DNA of 64,000 bases, taken from NCBI RefSeq assembly GCF_006345805.1, contig NC_043000.1, positions 109,430,001-109,494,000 of the forward strand, read 5' to 3'. The notes under the pieces were generated by a model. The model was given only the letters and a program-made list of their open reading frames with translations. It had not been told where the DNA came from and searched no databases. Numbering within the stretch: the first letter of the stretch is position 1; each line of letters begins with the position of its first letter. Below, in pieces: positions 24,821 to 37,300 of the stretch. The position numbers were made by a program, and so were the translations under genes. The DNA comes from Octopus sinensis (Eukaryota).

Positions 24821-25530
24821 ATAGAATGATAAGGTAATCAGAAATTTGGATGATTATATATAGTTTTATTCATACTTTATTTGCACTTGTAGCGCTTTCT
24901 TCCGTTAGCGGATGTATCAAAATATAGTTTTAAAGTTAGATTTCTTGGTCTTTTTATAAAGAAAAAAAAACTTGTGGCGTTTGCCAGGCAAAGGAGATGA
25001 AAGAAGAAAAGAATACAAAAGAACAAGACCTGGAAATGCAATTGTAATTTTACTGCAGAAAGTCAAAAACATTTGGTTTTTCAATAAAAACCTTGACTAC
25101 TACAAAAATTTGACCACACTAATAAAAAGACCACACCTATTTACCTCCCCCACATTAATGAAAGCAAAAGAATAAAGAAACAAGACATGGAAATACAATT
25201 ATAATTTTTATTGAAAAAAGTCAAAAACAACATTCAAATACAAAAAATTCTTTTTCCTTCCCCACCCTAAAAGGTCACTAAGTACTAAACAAACATGTCT
25301 GACTATACCAATATAAAATCCACGCCCTCTCCTCCTCAAATACTTTTCTTCTTTCACCTCTCTTGCTTGGCAAACCCCACAAGTTTTTTTATTTATAAAA
25401 AGACCAAGAAATCTAACTTTAAACTACATTTTGATAAATCCTATAACGGAAGAAAGCGCTGGAAGTGCAAATAAAGTGTAAATAAAACTATCTATAATCA
25501 TCCAAATTTCTGATTACCTTATTATTCTAT
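24821..25530. repeat. Foldback element: ~190-bp imperfect inverted arms
   Basis: 24821-25013 is the reverse complement of 25341-25530 (imperfect). Internal direct repeat at about 25016-25075 and 25172-25230. Confidence 0.85.
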
Positions 25531-25583
25531 ATATACAATATCTGTACATCACTTCAAAGACTCTCTCTCTCTCTCCTCTCTCC

Positions 25584-25646
<63 letters not shown>

Positions 25647-25659
25647 CATATGCATATGT

Positions 25660-28435
25660 ATGGAGTGCCGCGAGCTGTGGAGTCTGGTCTCACTGATGAT
25701 AATATGCAAATTTAGTGACTTGATGTCGTTTAACAGGTAGCCTTGTTTCAAAGGCGACCCCAAGCCACGTACATTTATACTGCCTATTTTGAGCATGTTC
25801 CTATCAAAAATTGTGTTTTACACACGAAAAGATAAGAAAAAAAGAAAGAGAGAGAGAAAATGTTACTTATTGTACGAAAGTCCTTTGTTTTTCACCTCAC
25901 AGTCTTCTCCAATGAGGTTTTTATAAAGTTTCTTTGATAAATATTTTTGAAATCTCCCAACTGCATCAGGGTAGAGAGATTTCAGGGTGCTGTGTGTGTT
26001 CTGTGTTACGTGTATTATTTTAATGTGTTGTGGTGGTGTTGTGCATGGGTGGTTATTTGTTTTTGTGTCGTTTTCAGTTATGTTGGTGTTTGACCTAATG
26101 TATTCCATTAGGTCGTGGTTGTTTGTGTTTATGGCTGTCAACATTGTTGGGGGGTTTGGTGATAGTGTATTTGTGTTGATGTGTTCGTTTTCTGTGGATG
26201 TTTTTGTTTCGGGAGTGGTGAATCTTCCTGCTGTGTTTGTTAGCTTTTCTTTTCTTTTTTCCCCTTTTTCTCCTCCCCCCTGTGGCTATTTGCCAATCCT
26301 CTGTGTCTTCTTCATCTAATGACATGTCAGAGAAATCAGAGAGTGGGAGGGGAAAAGTATTGGGGTTTATTTTTGACTTTGTTGACTTTGTTGTTGGTGT
26401 TGATTGGTGAGCGTTAGGGTGTGATGTATGCGGTTTTGGAGGTGGGGTGTGGGTATTTTGTGTTTGTGTGATTGTAGGTTTTGTTGTGGTGTTTGGGGTG
26501 TGTGTTTTGGGGGGATTTGGAGTAGTAATTGTTTCTTCATTTTCGATGCTTGTCTTTTTGGTAGATATTCTTGGTTTGGGAGTTGGTTTCTCTTTGGTTG
26601 TTGTTGTTGATGTTGTTTCTGTTCTTGGTGCAGTTGGTGGTGTTGTTTGGTTGGGTAGGTTTGTTTCTTGTTGATTTCCTGTGACTGGTCCTTTTATTGT
26701 TCGTGCAAACTGTAGTGTGGGTAATAAAGCTGGCTTTTTTGTTTTTTCCGGCTGCTGTTGTTGTTGCTGCTGTTTTATTGCGGCAGATTTGCAGTCTTTT
26801 TTTAGATGTTGCTCACTGCCGCATATGTAGCAGCGTGGTCTTCTGCCCTCGACGACCACATACAACTTGTGGTCTTCTGATATATATATCTGGGTGGGTA
26901 TTTTGTTGATGGCATCTTTGTTGATGTGTAGCAGAATTTCTACTCTTTTTCCCACCCAGTTTTTGTGTTCAGTGACCATGGTTTGTAATATGTTAAAATC
27001 GTTCATTTCCACACATATGGCCGATGTTAGCCATAGAGTGTCCGCTATTTGTGGAACATTGTTTAATATGACCTTAGTTACTCTCTGTCTAGGGTAGCTA
27101 GGTATCATAGTGAGTTCATCCGAATGAAGAGTTAGCGTTGAGAATCGTTTTGCTAACTCTTCAATGTGGAAAACTACTTGTATGTGCGCAAACTTGTTCC
27201 ACCAGGTCACATATTCTTTGAAGTTCCAGATAGGTCGCAAGCATTTTTCGATTTTGTTTGTGTTCGCCTTCTCTGGACTTTTTGTCTTCTTGTTGATTAT
27301 TTTATATATAATGGTTTTCTTTTTTTCATTTTCCAGTATTTGTTGTGGTATGTTTATTTTTACTTTGCCATTTTCTTTAGTTATTAAAGCTTTGGTATCT
27401 TTTATCTGTTGTGCAGTAAAAGATACTGTTGTCTTTTTTTCTTTTATCGCCTCGGCGAAATTTGTTGTTGTTTTGTTATTGTTGTTGCTGGTGGTGGTGT
27501 TGTTGTTGGCTGCAGTTGCTATATTCGGTGTATTTGGTGTCTGATGTTTGATTGTGCAAGTAGGAAAGGGTGGAAAATTGCTTGCATAATTTGTCCCTGC
27601 GTTTGAGCAGCTTTCGGCAATTCGTTTGGCGGTCGTGGTCTTTTGCTTCTCTCCTTCAGTTCTTGGTGTTGGAGGAAACAAGGTCTGAAAAGAATTGTTG
27701 TTGTTGTTATTGTTGTTATTGTTGTTGGTGTTGGCGGTGGTGTCAGTGGCAGAAGAGACAGGCGTGGCAGCAGATATTGTTGTAGGTGAGATAATAGGTG
27801 AGATAATTAAATCTTGCGAAAACTTCTGGACATTATTATTTACTTCATTTTTGTTGATGTTAACGGTTGTTGTGTCAGTGTTAGTTCTGTTAGTTCTGTT
27901 GGTGGTGGTAGTGTTGATGTCAGTTTCATCTTTCTTTACATCATCGTCTTTGTTGATTGTCTTTTCCAAAGTAGGAAAATTCTCCTTAGAAGAAATCGTA
28001 GAATACTGTTCTACGATAAAATTTCTCGACATTTTTTTTTTTTTCGAGAAAAATAAAATCAATTGATGAAAATGCCCCTAAGGGTGAATTCTACATTAAA
28101 AAAAAAAAACCTAAACGAAAGTTGGGCGTTTGGAAAGTTGAAAAATTCCGAAAATGTAAAACGTAAACAAATGAATGCAACGGAGAGAGAGAACAGCGTC
28201 TATGCGTTATGAGAAACGCTTCGGCGACATTGTGTGAAAACAAGCTATGAAAGCAAAAATTTTGATATATAATCACGGTTGAAATTGCCCCTAGGGAAAA
28301 AATCCCCTCTGGAAAACCCACCCAGACGAAAGCTGGATGTCTTACACACTCCGTGTGCAAAAATTGGAACGAAGCTTTTTCAAAAGCACAATAAAAAAAG
28401 CTTTTGACTTACGAGCCGATCTGTCAATGAATACT
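25660..28435 (-). mobile_element. Tx1/L1-clade LINE 5' half (5'UTR, ORF1, start of ORF2)
   Basis: ORF1 with CCHC knuckle. ORF2 starts at 25796 with MLKIGSINVRGL...ISETRL (APE endonuclease N-terminus) and is truncated by microsatellite at about 25660. Confidence 0.9.
26095..28062 (-). CDS. Tx1/L1-type ORF1 (Gag-like nucleic-acid-binding protein), 655 aa
   Basis: RRPRCYICGSEQHLKKDC (CX2CX4HX4C) preceded by an RRM-like region; T/N/P/K-rich low-complexity flanks. Probable frameshift near 26250 into ORF 25863-26144. Confidence 0.8.
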   Translation of the reverse strand: MILFFSKKKKMSRNFIVEQYSTISSKENFPTLEKTINKDDDVKKDETDINTTTTNRTNRTNTDTTTVNINKNEVNNNVQKFSQDLIISPIISPTTISAATPVSSATDTTANTNNNNNNNNNNNSFQTLFPPTPRTEGEKQKTTTAKRIAESCSNAGTNYASNFPPFPTCTIKHQTPNTPNIATAANNNTTTSNNNNKTTTNFAEAIKEKKTTVSFTAQQIKDTKALITKENGKVKINIPQQILENEKKKTIIYKIINKKTKSPEKANTNKIEKCLRPIWNFKEYVTWWNKFAHIQVVFHIEELAKRFSTLTLHSDELTMIPSYPRQRVTKVILNNVPQIADTLWLTSAICVEMNDFNILQTMVTEHKNWVGKRVEILLHINKDAINKIPTQIYISEDHKLYVVVEGRRPRCYICGSEQHLKKDCKSAAIKQQQQQQQPEKTKKPALLPTLQFARTIKGPVTGNQQETNLPNQTTPPTAPRTETTSTTTTKEKPTPKPRISTKKTSIENEETITTPNPPKTHTPNTTTKPTITQTQNTHTPPPKPHTSHPNAHQSTPTTKSTKSKINPNTFPLPLSDFSDMSLDEEDTEDWQIATGGRRKRGKKKRKANKHSRKIHHSRNKNIHRKRTHQHKYTITKPPNNVDSHKHKQPRPNGIH

Positions 28436-28443
28436 ATCGATCG

Positions 28444-28503
<60 letters not shown>

Positions 28504-28505
28504 TC

Positions 28506-28880
28506 GTGGCACTCCGTCTGTTACGACGACGAGGGTTCCTGTTCATCCGATCAACGGAACAGCCTGCTCGTGAAATTAAGGTGCAAGTGGCTGAGTATTC
28601 CACAGACATGTGTACTCTTAACGTAGTTCTCGGGGAGATTCAGCGTGACACAGAGTGTGACAAGGCTGGCCCCTTTAAAATACAGGTACAACAGAAACAG
28701 GAAGAAAGACTGAGAGAAATTTGTGGTGAAAGCGTACAGCAGGGTTCGCCACCACTCCTGCCGGAGCCTCGTGAAGCTTTAGGTGTTTTCTCTCAATAAA
28801 CACTCACAACGTCCGGTTTGAAAATCGAAACCGCGATCCCACGACCGCGAGTCCGCTGCCCTAACCACTGGGCCATTGCA
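28506..28880 (-). mobile_element. SINE family C (full length)
   Basis: Same module as 8805; tRNA-like head ending CCTAACCACTGGGCCATTGC. Confidence 0.9.
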
Positions 28881-29253
28881 TATTTACGCACCCCCACACA
28901 GATACTTTGACCAATTTAAAAACGTGTATATGTTTCTGTACACTTCTGTATTCTGTAGATTTAAAAATACGACGGCCATATTTTGTTGAGATTTTTTTGT
29001 GTCGGCGCTGTTTTTGCTCTGAACGTCTTTTCTCAAAATAATCAAGTCACGAATAAAATAAACGCAGAAATTCCTGATGCGCCATGTTGATACGATATAC
29101 AATAATAAAAGCGTGCACACACTCACATATACATCGATACACACACACACAGATAGATATATGTATACGTATATGTATATATATGTATATTTATATGTAT
29201 ATATATGTATATTTATATGTATATATATACATACACAGAAGATACATGTATAT

Positions 29254-29287
<34 letters not shown>

Positions 29288-29308
29288 ATATATGTATATA
29301 TATGTATG

Positions 29309-29420
<112 letters not shown>

Positions 29421-29572
29421 CTATCTATCTCTCTCTATATATATATACATATACACACACACATATATATACATATATATACTTATATATATATGCACAC
29501 ATACATATATATATATATACAAACATATATACACACATATATATGGATCTCTATCCTTTGACTACAATCTCC

Positions 29573-29633
<61 letters not shown>

Positions 29634-30196
29634 TCTCCTCCCACATGCACTCACTACCTCTAGTAGAAAGTTTATTTATTCAGTCACTAATTCGCTGACA
29701 TTAAATAAGAAAAAAAGAAAAAGACCGACGAAATATAACATTTAAAGCCTAGCCTCTACACGTTTGCTCCTCCGACATAAATAACAAGAACACCACCACA
29801 GCAATAACAACAACAACAACAACAACAACAAAAGGCAAAAAAGAAATCAGATAAATCCTGAAAAAAACAACAAAATTAACCACAAAATAAAAGCAAAATA
29901 GGTTGACTCTGTAAGCTCTACACAAAATTGCGAAGTCGTCTGGTCTGTTCGTAAGGGTGTTGCGCAGCGCGCAGGGGTAGAAAGCGAAAGAGAAGCGTTA
30001 TGTGGCAGAGCGGCAGAGAGCTTTGCTATTATGTCTAAGCTGGGTGTTATGTGTTATTTTCTGCTGTAATCTTGGGATTTTCCTGCGTATTTTCGTATTT
30101 TTACATTAAAATTCCTGTCGAGAAAGGTGTAGAGTGCCTCGCAATACACACACGCATGTGTGTGTGTGTGTAAATATGTATGTATATATATATACT

Positions 30197-30246
<50 letters not shown>

Positions 30247-30506
30247 TGTATGTATGTATGTATATGTACGTATGTATGTATACACATATATATGCACAAA
30301 TATGCATGTATACATACGGATGTATATGTATATAAAATTCTTGATCATGAAGGGGTGTTGAAAAGTGAAATTAGCTTGAAATGCCTTTTACCACCCACCC
30401 TGTAAAATACGTGTGCGCGCTGGTGCGTGTGTGTGCGCGCACACGCGCTCGCCTTTCAGTCGATAACATACTTGTATGAATGTATGGGCATATATATGTG
30501 TGTGTT

Positions 30507-30543
<37 letters not shown>

Positions 30544-30731
30544 TTGTGTGTGAATTGTTGCACATTCCTATATGGATGTGTATGTTAATGTATATATATA
30601 AACATATATACACATGTGTGTAAGCGTGTGTCTGTGTCTACGTATGTAGATATGTGCATGTAAATGAAGATCTTTGAAACTACGTCATAGAGTATAAAGT
30701 AAAGGATGACATTTTTAAATATGTATATATG

Positions 30732-30763
<32 letters not shown>

Positions 30764-30814
30764 TATTGATATTCTGACAATAGTTATGTTCTACAACACA
30801 CACAAGCGTACACG

Positions 30815-30867
<53 letters not shown>

Positions 30868-30911
30868 ACACACTCACACGCACACACACAGAGAGGCACA
30901 GACACGTTTAT

Positions 30912-31070
30912 ATGGATGGATGGATGGATGGACGGATGGATGAATGGAGGGATGAATGGAGGGATGGATGGATGGATGGATGGATGGATGGATGGATGGA
31001 CGGATGGATGAATGGAGGGATGAATGGAGGGATGGATGGATGGATGGATGGATGGATGGATGGATGGATT
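30912..31070. repeat. (GGAT)n microsatellite with higher-order ~68-bp duplication
   Basis: GGACGGATGGATGAATGGAGGGATGAATGGAGGG occurs at about 30930 and 30998. Confidence 0.8.
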
Positions 31071-31566
31071 GACGTAGTCATAGCATAAAACATCAGTGTC
31101 ACGAACATTTTGATAAATTCACAGGAGGGGAACCGTATCCCCAGCATCCTTAAATGATATCTCAGGCAGATCCATTCACCCAATCTACAGTCTCTGACTT
31201 CTTAGAACAGTCGCTGGAAGAGAGAGAGAGAGGGAGAGAGCACTTCTCTCTCCACCCTAAAATCATATCTTAGGCTAATATAAGGAGAATGGAACTATGA
31301 CAAAAGATATATGCTAGATTTCGAAATAAGTGTCACAGAAGACTTGAATAAAAGCAAAATAATCTTTAATTATTCAGTTTATCTTTACTAGTTAATTAAA
31401 TAAAGTGGCCGACAAGTGCAAGGAGCATTCATTCATTTCAAGAGCAAAGTAGGACCTGGTAAAACACACATTAAGATAAGTGTTAAGTACCACTCAGGAG
31501 AACAACCAAGCAACGGCGATAGACTGAATGGATTGCGAACATATCAACTTCATTTGTGTGCAGTTG

Positions 31567-31618
<52 letters not shown>

Positions 31619-32173
31619 TCACTCTCTCTCTCTCTCTCACACACACACACTCACTCTCTCTCTCTCTCTCTCCCTCTCTTATGAACAATTTACTTCACAG
31701 ATTCTCGCGTTTGTATGTAGGCATGTTTGTGTATATGTATCTACGTAGGCATATATTTATGTAGGTGTTCTGGGAATGACTTGAAACTCCATCATCCAGC
31801 AATGAGGCCCTGATACTGTTGTACCAGAGTTCTGAGGAGGGTGGAATCACTTCTTTGCCTCTTTTTGTCCCCTAAGTCTACTCCGGCCAGTGTTGCAGGA
31901 CCTTTGAGAGTCCCAGCTATAGGATAACTAGTATATTCAAAATGGCAGTGAAGGAACCTTAGTTCTCGTTAGAACTTCCTTCTAGGAGAAGGTAAACTCG
32001 TAAGAAAAGGACCTGGAGTAGAGTTGGTTTTTGGTTGTCTCAGCTTCTATTGTGCCACTGGTTTTATTAAAGCTGATTGTGTTGAAACGTGGATTCAATG
32101 CTGTTCCAACACTTTATCCACTTGAAACAAATTTACGCACAGGAAATTCTTGACTTTTGCAACATTTGCACAG

Positions 32174-32224
32174 ATTTGCAGTTTTATGATGTGTTTTACT
32201 CGGCCATGAGTTCACTTCTAAAAT
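32174..32224 (+). CDS. Candidate isolated 51-nt exon (DLQFYDVFYSAMSSLLK)
   Basis: tttgcacag|ATT...AAAT|gtaagt; only one of three frames is open; strong donor. Protein not recognised. Confidence 0.3.
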
Positions 32225-32442
32225 GTAAGTATATGCATAGATACGAAAAAAATAGCATCCGACTCTGTTACCATTTTTTCAGACAGAAGTCGCTATTTTT
32301 TCTATACATGTTATCTCTGAAGAGCACGTGTATTAGATAGCTGCTTTATAATCAAATATCAATTTGGCTAATATCCGGTGCGGAACCGAATGGTAAGATT
32401 TGCTTTCATGGATTTATATTACTCTATACTTTGATTAATGTG

Positions 32443-32572
32443 GAGGCACATGGCCTAATGCTTAGAGCAGCGGACTCACGGCTAAGGGATCGCGGGTTTG
32501 AATCTCAGACCAGGCGATATGTGTGCTTATGAGCGAAACACCTAAGCTCCACACGGCTCCGGCAGAAGGTAA
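32443..32572 (+). mobile_element. SINE family C 5' half
   Basis: tRNA-like head GGCACATGGCCTAATGCTTAGAGC...GGTTTGAATC and ACACCTAAGCTCCAC motif. Confidence 0.7.
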
Positions 32573-32689
32573 TGGCATATTTTTTTCTCACTTATGGATT
32601 CTTAGACAACGTACGAAAACGTAATACATACATACATACAAACATACATACGTGCATAATGTCTAAGGCAGTGGCATTAATAGCTTCTG

Positions 32690-32955
32690 ATCTTGATTGG
32701 AAGTGTTATCATGTACGTGTTTTGCCTCGGTATAAAATATGGATTACGGTAAATATTCTGCTCAATACCACAGATTTGCTCATCAATTGCTTGACCATAA
32801 CCAGCTGAGCATATTCCTTAGCTGAGGATATGTGCATATATGGCTGTGATGCATGTGCCTCGTATACCCTTATCAGACCAATGGTCAAAATGGGTATATT
32901 GGGCTTCTTATATCTGTACTCGAGCATCGCTTTGATGGCATGTGCTGCTCTCAAA
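32690..32955 (+). repeat. Internally deleted copy of the repeat at 34113-34597
   Basis: Shares AAATATTCTGCTCAATACCACAGATTTGC and TACCCTTATCAGAC blocks. Confidence 0.75.
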
Positions 32956-33074
32956 CATACATACATACATACATACATACCAGAATACTTACGCTTAACT
33001 ATTGAGAAATCTGCATTTACTCTATCCAGATTACAAGTTCAGGTTTATACCTGTAATTATTGGTGCACTGGGAT

Positions 33075-33238
33075 ATGTACCACTCTGCCTAAATACCAAT
33101 CCTGAGAAATTGGGCTTCTCAAAACCAGAAAGGATAAAGCTAATTCGAAGACTATGGATCTAATCCATCACTGGAACTGTAAAGATCTGTAAAACTTTCC
33201 AGAGGTTTACATATGCGAATGTCTAGATATGCAACTAT
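33075..33238 (+). mobile_element. R4-clade LINE 3' end fragment
   Basis: EKLGFSKPERIKLIRRL...ITGTVKICKTF, homologous to 41790-41940 and 51300-51460. Confidence 0.65.
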
Positions 33239-33239
33239 G

Positions 33240-33930
33240 ATAATGGCCGTCCACTCGTTACCGAGGAAGACCATTGCTGACCTTCAGTAACATTGTGCGC
33301 TCTAGGACTAACTTATATTTTGCATTTGCGGCTCTGTTTGAGGCTACTGAGCCCTGCTCCTTAACAAGCATACTCGACTGCAAACATTGCAAACTAAGCT
33401 TACTTCATTCACTACACCAGTAGTGCGCTTTCGAGCAGCACGCTTAAGTTCTTCATACAGAATACGTGCTCTCTCAAAAGTGTCGACCCCCTCCCTAACC
33501 TGCTTCCTCCATCTGTGGCGATGACAGGCATTGCTCTCCTAGTCACTCTCCTACATATCAGAGGCCTTTAATGAGGACTTGACACAGTCCTTAAATCGTA
33601 GCCTTGGTTCCTACCGGGGTCTCTTTCCACTAATAAGTTCATATTGCATCTGCTTAGGGATCCTTCTATCCTTCATTCCAATAAGGTGTCTAGTTCAACG
33701 TAACCGGTGATTGTGCACCATCGCCTCAATACTCAAGATATCAGCTTTCCTCAAGACCTGTGTGTCAGATGTTTTTAAGGTCCAGCCAACATTCAGAATA
33801 TGTCTGAGACATCTCTGATAGAAGCGTTCAAGAACCCTTACATGCTGTTTGGAAAGGGCTCATGTCTCGCATGAGTAAAGGAGTGATGTCAGTACACATA
33901 CACGGTACACAGCAATTTTTGCTTGCTTTG
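33240..33930 (-). mobile_element. RTE (BovB-like) LINE 3' fragment
   Basis: KIAVYRVCVLTSLLYSCET...LERFYQRCLRHIL...RFKDCVKSSLK. Tail GCAATGGTCTTCCTCGGTAACGAGTGGACGGCCAT resembles 20713-20747. Confidence 0.85.
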
Positions 33931-34044
33931 TGATGCTGGAACCAGACGCGACACTGAAGATACTGGAAGGAATCAGTTGCTCTCTGCAGCCTAAAAGATA
34001 TTTCATCATTCAGGGAGCAAGAACGGTTGAGTTATATATATATC

Positions 34045-34095
<51 letters not shown>

Positions 34096-34112
34096 GTAAT
34101 AGTAATAAACAT

Positions 34113-34597
34113 TGTTTTGTCTTGGTATAAAAGATGGGCTACAGCAAATATTCTGCTCAATACCACAGATTTGCTTGTCAGTTGTTTGACCTTAACCAGT
34201 TGAGCATGTCCCTTAGTGGCTGACGATATGTGCATCTCTGATCACGAGCGGAAGTAGTGGGGGAGCATCATAGCCATGTGTTGAGAAGGATTCTTTGGGG
34301 TTTGAATAATTCACCTCTGGAAACATGGGTTTTCGTTCAACGTCCTTAAACAACCCTTATTCAGGACCTTTTGAGCGGGATGGGCTACTCACCTGAAGGA
34401 AATTCTAACTGGGCTCCACCTGCAAGGTCATGTGCTGTTTATCTTGATATGAGATCACCATGTTGCGCACATATGGTTGTGATGCATGTGCCTGGTGTAC
34501 CCTTATCAGACGGGTAGTCATGATGGGTATACTGGGCTTCGTATATTTTACCCCAGTGTCACTTTGATGGCATGCTCTGCTCGCTCACTCAATAATA
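34113..34597 (+). repeat. Unclassified ~490-bp retroposon-like repeat ending in (AAT)n
   Basis: Second copy at 32690; no tRNA-like head seen; (AAT)n on both flanks. Confidence 0.7.
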
Positions 34598-35024
34598 GTA
34601 ATAATATGAGGGAATATTATTTTGCACATTACTTAATCATTGTTATATGTTTTATCTTACATTTTATCTTTCTATATGTAATTTTTCTAAAAGGTATAAT
34701 TTAATTTTCCATTATTAAATTGATAAAAGGTGTTTTTTTTTCTAATTTATATATATATATATATAGATAGATGACGAACTTGCAGCCCGAAGCAACAGTA
34801 GAAAATGTCCTTTCCTGAGCGTCCAATAACACTATACTTGTTCCACTTCCTCACGTTGTTGTGTTTTCTCTTTGTTCATGTTTGGATTATAAATATGTAT
34901 ATATATATATAATATATATTATATATATATATTATATATATATATATATAATATATTATATATATATATAATATATATATATATAATATATATATATATA
35001 TATAATATATATACATATATATAA

Positions 35025-35074
<50 letters not shown>

Positions 35075-35169
35075 GTGTGTGTGAAAGATCAGACATATAG
35101 ATAGTGAAAGAGAGAGAGAGAGCAAGACACACGGCTAATAATAAGTTAAAAAACAAAAGAAAACTGCCT

Positions 35170-35480
35170 GAAGAATTTGATGATGATGATGATGATGATG
35201 ATGATTATGGTGGTGGTGGTGGTGGGGATGATGACAAGGATGTCGATGGTAAAAATGAGCGTAGTGCTGTTGTTCTTGTTTCTTCTGAAGATGATCAGAA
35301 TGGCGAGGATGGTAATGGTCATGGCAACAGGGAAGAATAGCCTTGGTGTTGTTCCTGTTGCAGTTGTCGATGATGCTGATGATTGATGATGGCGGCGTGG
35401 GTGGTGGTGGCTTTGGTAGATGATGATAAAGGCGATAATAATAATGATGATGATGATGATGATGACGATCATCATCATCG
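35170..35480. repeat. Degenerate (GAT/GGT)n trinucleotide region
   Basis: Direct reading; explains the poly-Asp/His/Met pseudo-ORFs. Confidence 0.9.
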
Positions 35481-36189
35481 TTATAAGGAACCAGGAATTG
35501 CCCACCACGTTCACCACAATAATCACCTGCAACAGCAACGAACACAAAGCAAAACAACACAAACAAATATAAAATACAATAATAAAATACTGAATGCAAA
35601 CGAATGAGGGTTTTTTTTCTTTTCTTTTTCTCCTTCTATAAACGATGCCTAACAGATGGAAAGTCTTTTGTCAGCTCCGGCTTGGGATGGACTGACACGG
35701 ATTGGCTGTGAAAAAGGCCATTTCAGTTTAATAGCAAAAGCAACTTTGAAGTGGTATTTAATAGAATTATAAAGGCGGAAACGAGAAGATACAGGTGTAC
35801 GGCATACCCCGAAAAAAAAAAAACAACGATGAAGAGAACGGGTACTTCAAGAGCACTCCACTACGTAACCAGCCAGCCAGCACTTGGGTGGATTGAACAG
35901 TGTAGTTTGTTGTTGCTATTGGTGTTGGTGCTGGGTGCTGTTGGTGTTGTTATTTTAAATAATGTTATTAAATGGGGAAGCGCAAGGAAGAAGATCAAAG
36001 ATGTTATGTATATACCGTTTCTATTGGATGGATATAAAATTAAAAATACACACACACACACACACACACACACGCACGCACACACACACACACACACTTA
36101 TATATATATATATATATATATATAGATGCATGCGCGTATATATATATGTATATATCTACAGACAGAGAGATACACGCATATATATATAC

Positions 36190-36318
<129 letters not shown>

Positions 36319-36759
36319 CGAAGTGAGTGTGTTTGTCCACATAAGTGTGTGCATGTCTGCTTGTGTGTGCATGCGTGCTTGTGTGTGTGTCTGTGTAACT
36401 GCACTAAATGGCTCTCGGCAGCTCCGTTTGGCTTGACATTGGTGCCCTAATTGTTTCCCCACATCCGCTCCCTTTCAGTATTTGCTTTGTTAGCTAGTCG
36501 TTGTAAATAAGGTCATATTAATACGCTACGTGGTCCGCTGAGGTGTGATGCCAGTTCAAAGGAACAACCTTTAAACGTTAAAACAAGATGGGACACCATT
36601 CATATGTTGTTTGCTCTAAAACATTCTTCCAGCCAATGGGCTCTCATCACTAATGGACTCTCTCCGGCTCTCTCCCCCCTCTCTCTCTCTCTCTCATCTC
36701 TATCTATCTATCTATCTGTATCTATACATGCATACATTAAGTACATACTTAGACGAAGG

Positions 36760-36990
36760 CGTGGACGCGTGGTAAAAAGTAGCACATGTGCGTTTGTCCC
36801 CACCACCGCCGCTTGACAACTGTTGTTGGTGTTTTTATGTTCTCGTAACTTAGTGGTTCGGTAAAAGAGATTAACAGAATAAGTAACTGGCTTTAAAACA
36901 AATATGTACGAGCGACGATTCATTCGACTAAAATCCTTCCCAGCTTTGCCCCAGCATGTCCACAGTCTAATGACTCTAACAAATAACAGA
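36760..36990 (+). mobile_element. SINE family B 3' half
   Basis: CGTAACTTAGTGGTTCGG and TGCCCCAGCATG tail. Confidence 0.7.
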
Positions 36991-37109
36991 TAAAAGATTT
37001 GTGTGTGTGTGTGTGTGTGTGTGTGTATTATTTTCTCTTTTAAATATAAAGCTAATTTTTCCCAGCCACTTGATTCGTAAATAAAATTGTGGAAGGAAAG
37101 CATCTTGTG

Positions 37110-37300
37110 CTGTTCATCCTTTGAATCTGAAGGTCTTGCAGATATTTACTGTCCCGGATATCGTGGACAAAATCGCAAGTTCAGCCATACTTTGCTCCAG
37201 ATGGGCTTGTACATATCCTGTTGCTTCGATAATAATAAGTATGAAACTAAAAGTGTATCTTGGGTATTGGATTTGCAAACTCCTCATCCATGGTCCATAG
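37110..37300 (-). mobile_element. R4-clade LINE 3' end fragment
   Basis: Reverse complement aligns by eye with 51290-51450. Confidence 0.6.

Noticed and set aside
24885-24930. Resemblance to the U2 snRNA 5' end (CGCTTTCT...ATCAAAAT.TAGT)
   Set aside because: Only patchy similarity, no Sm site or downstream U2 structure; better explained as the reverse strand of the hammerhead-like motif.
34770-34810. Hammerhead position in the second copy of the 24625 family
   Set aside because: Core and stems are too decayed to call.
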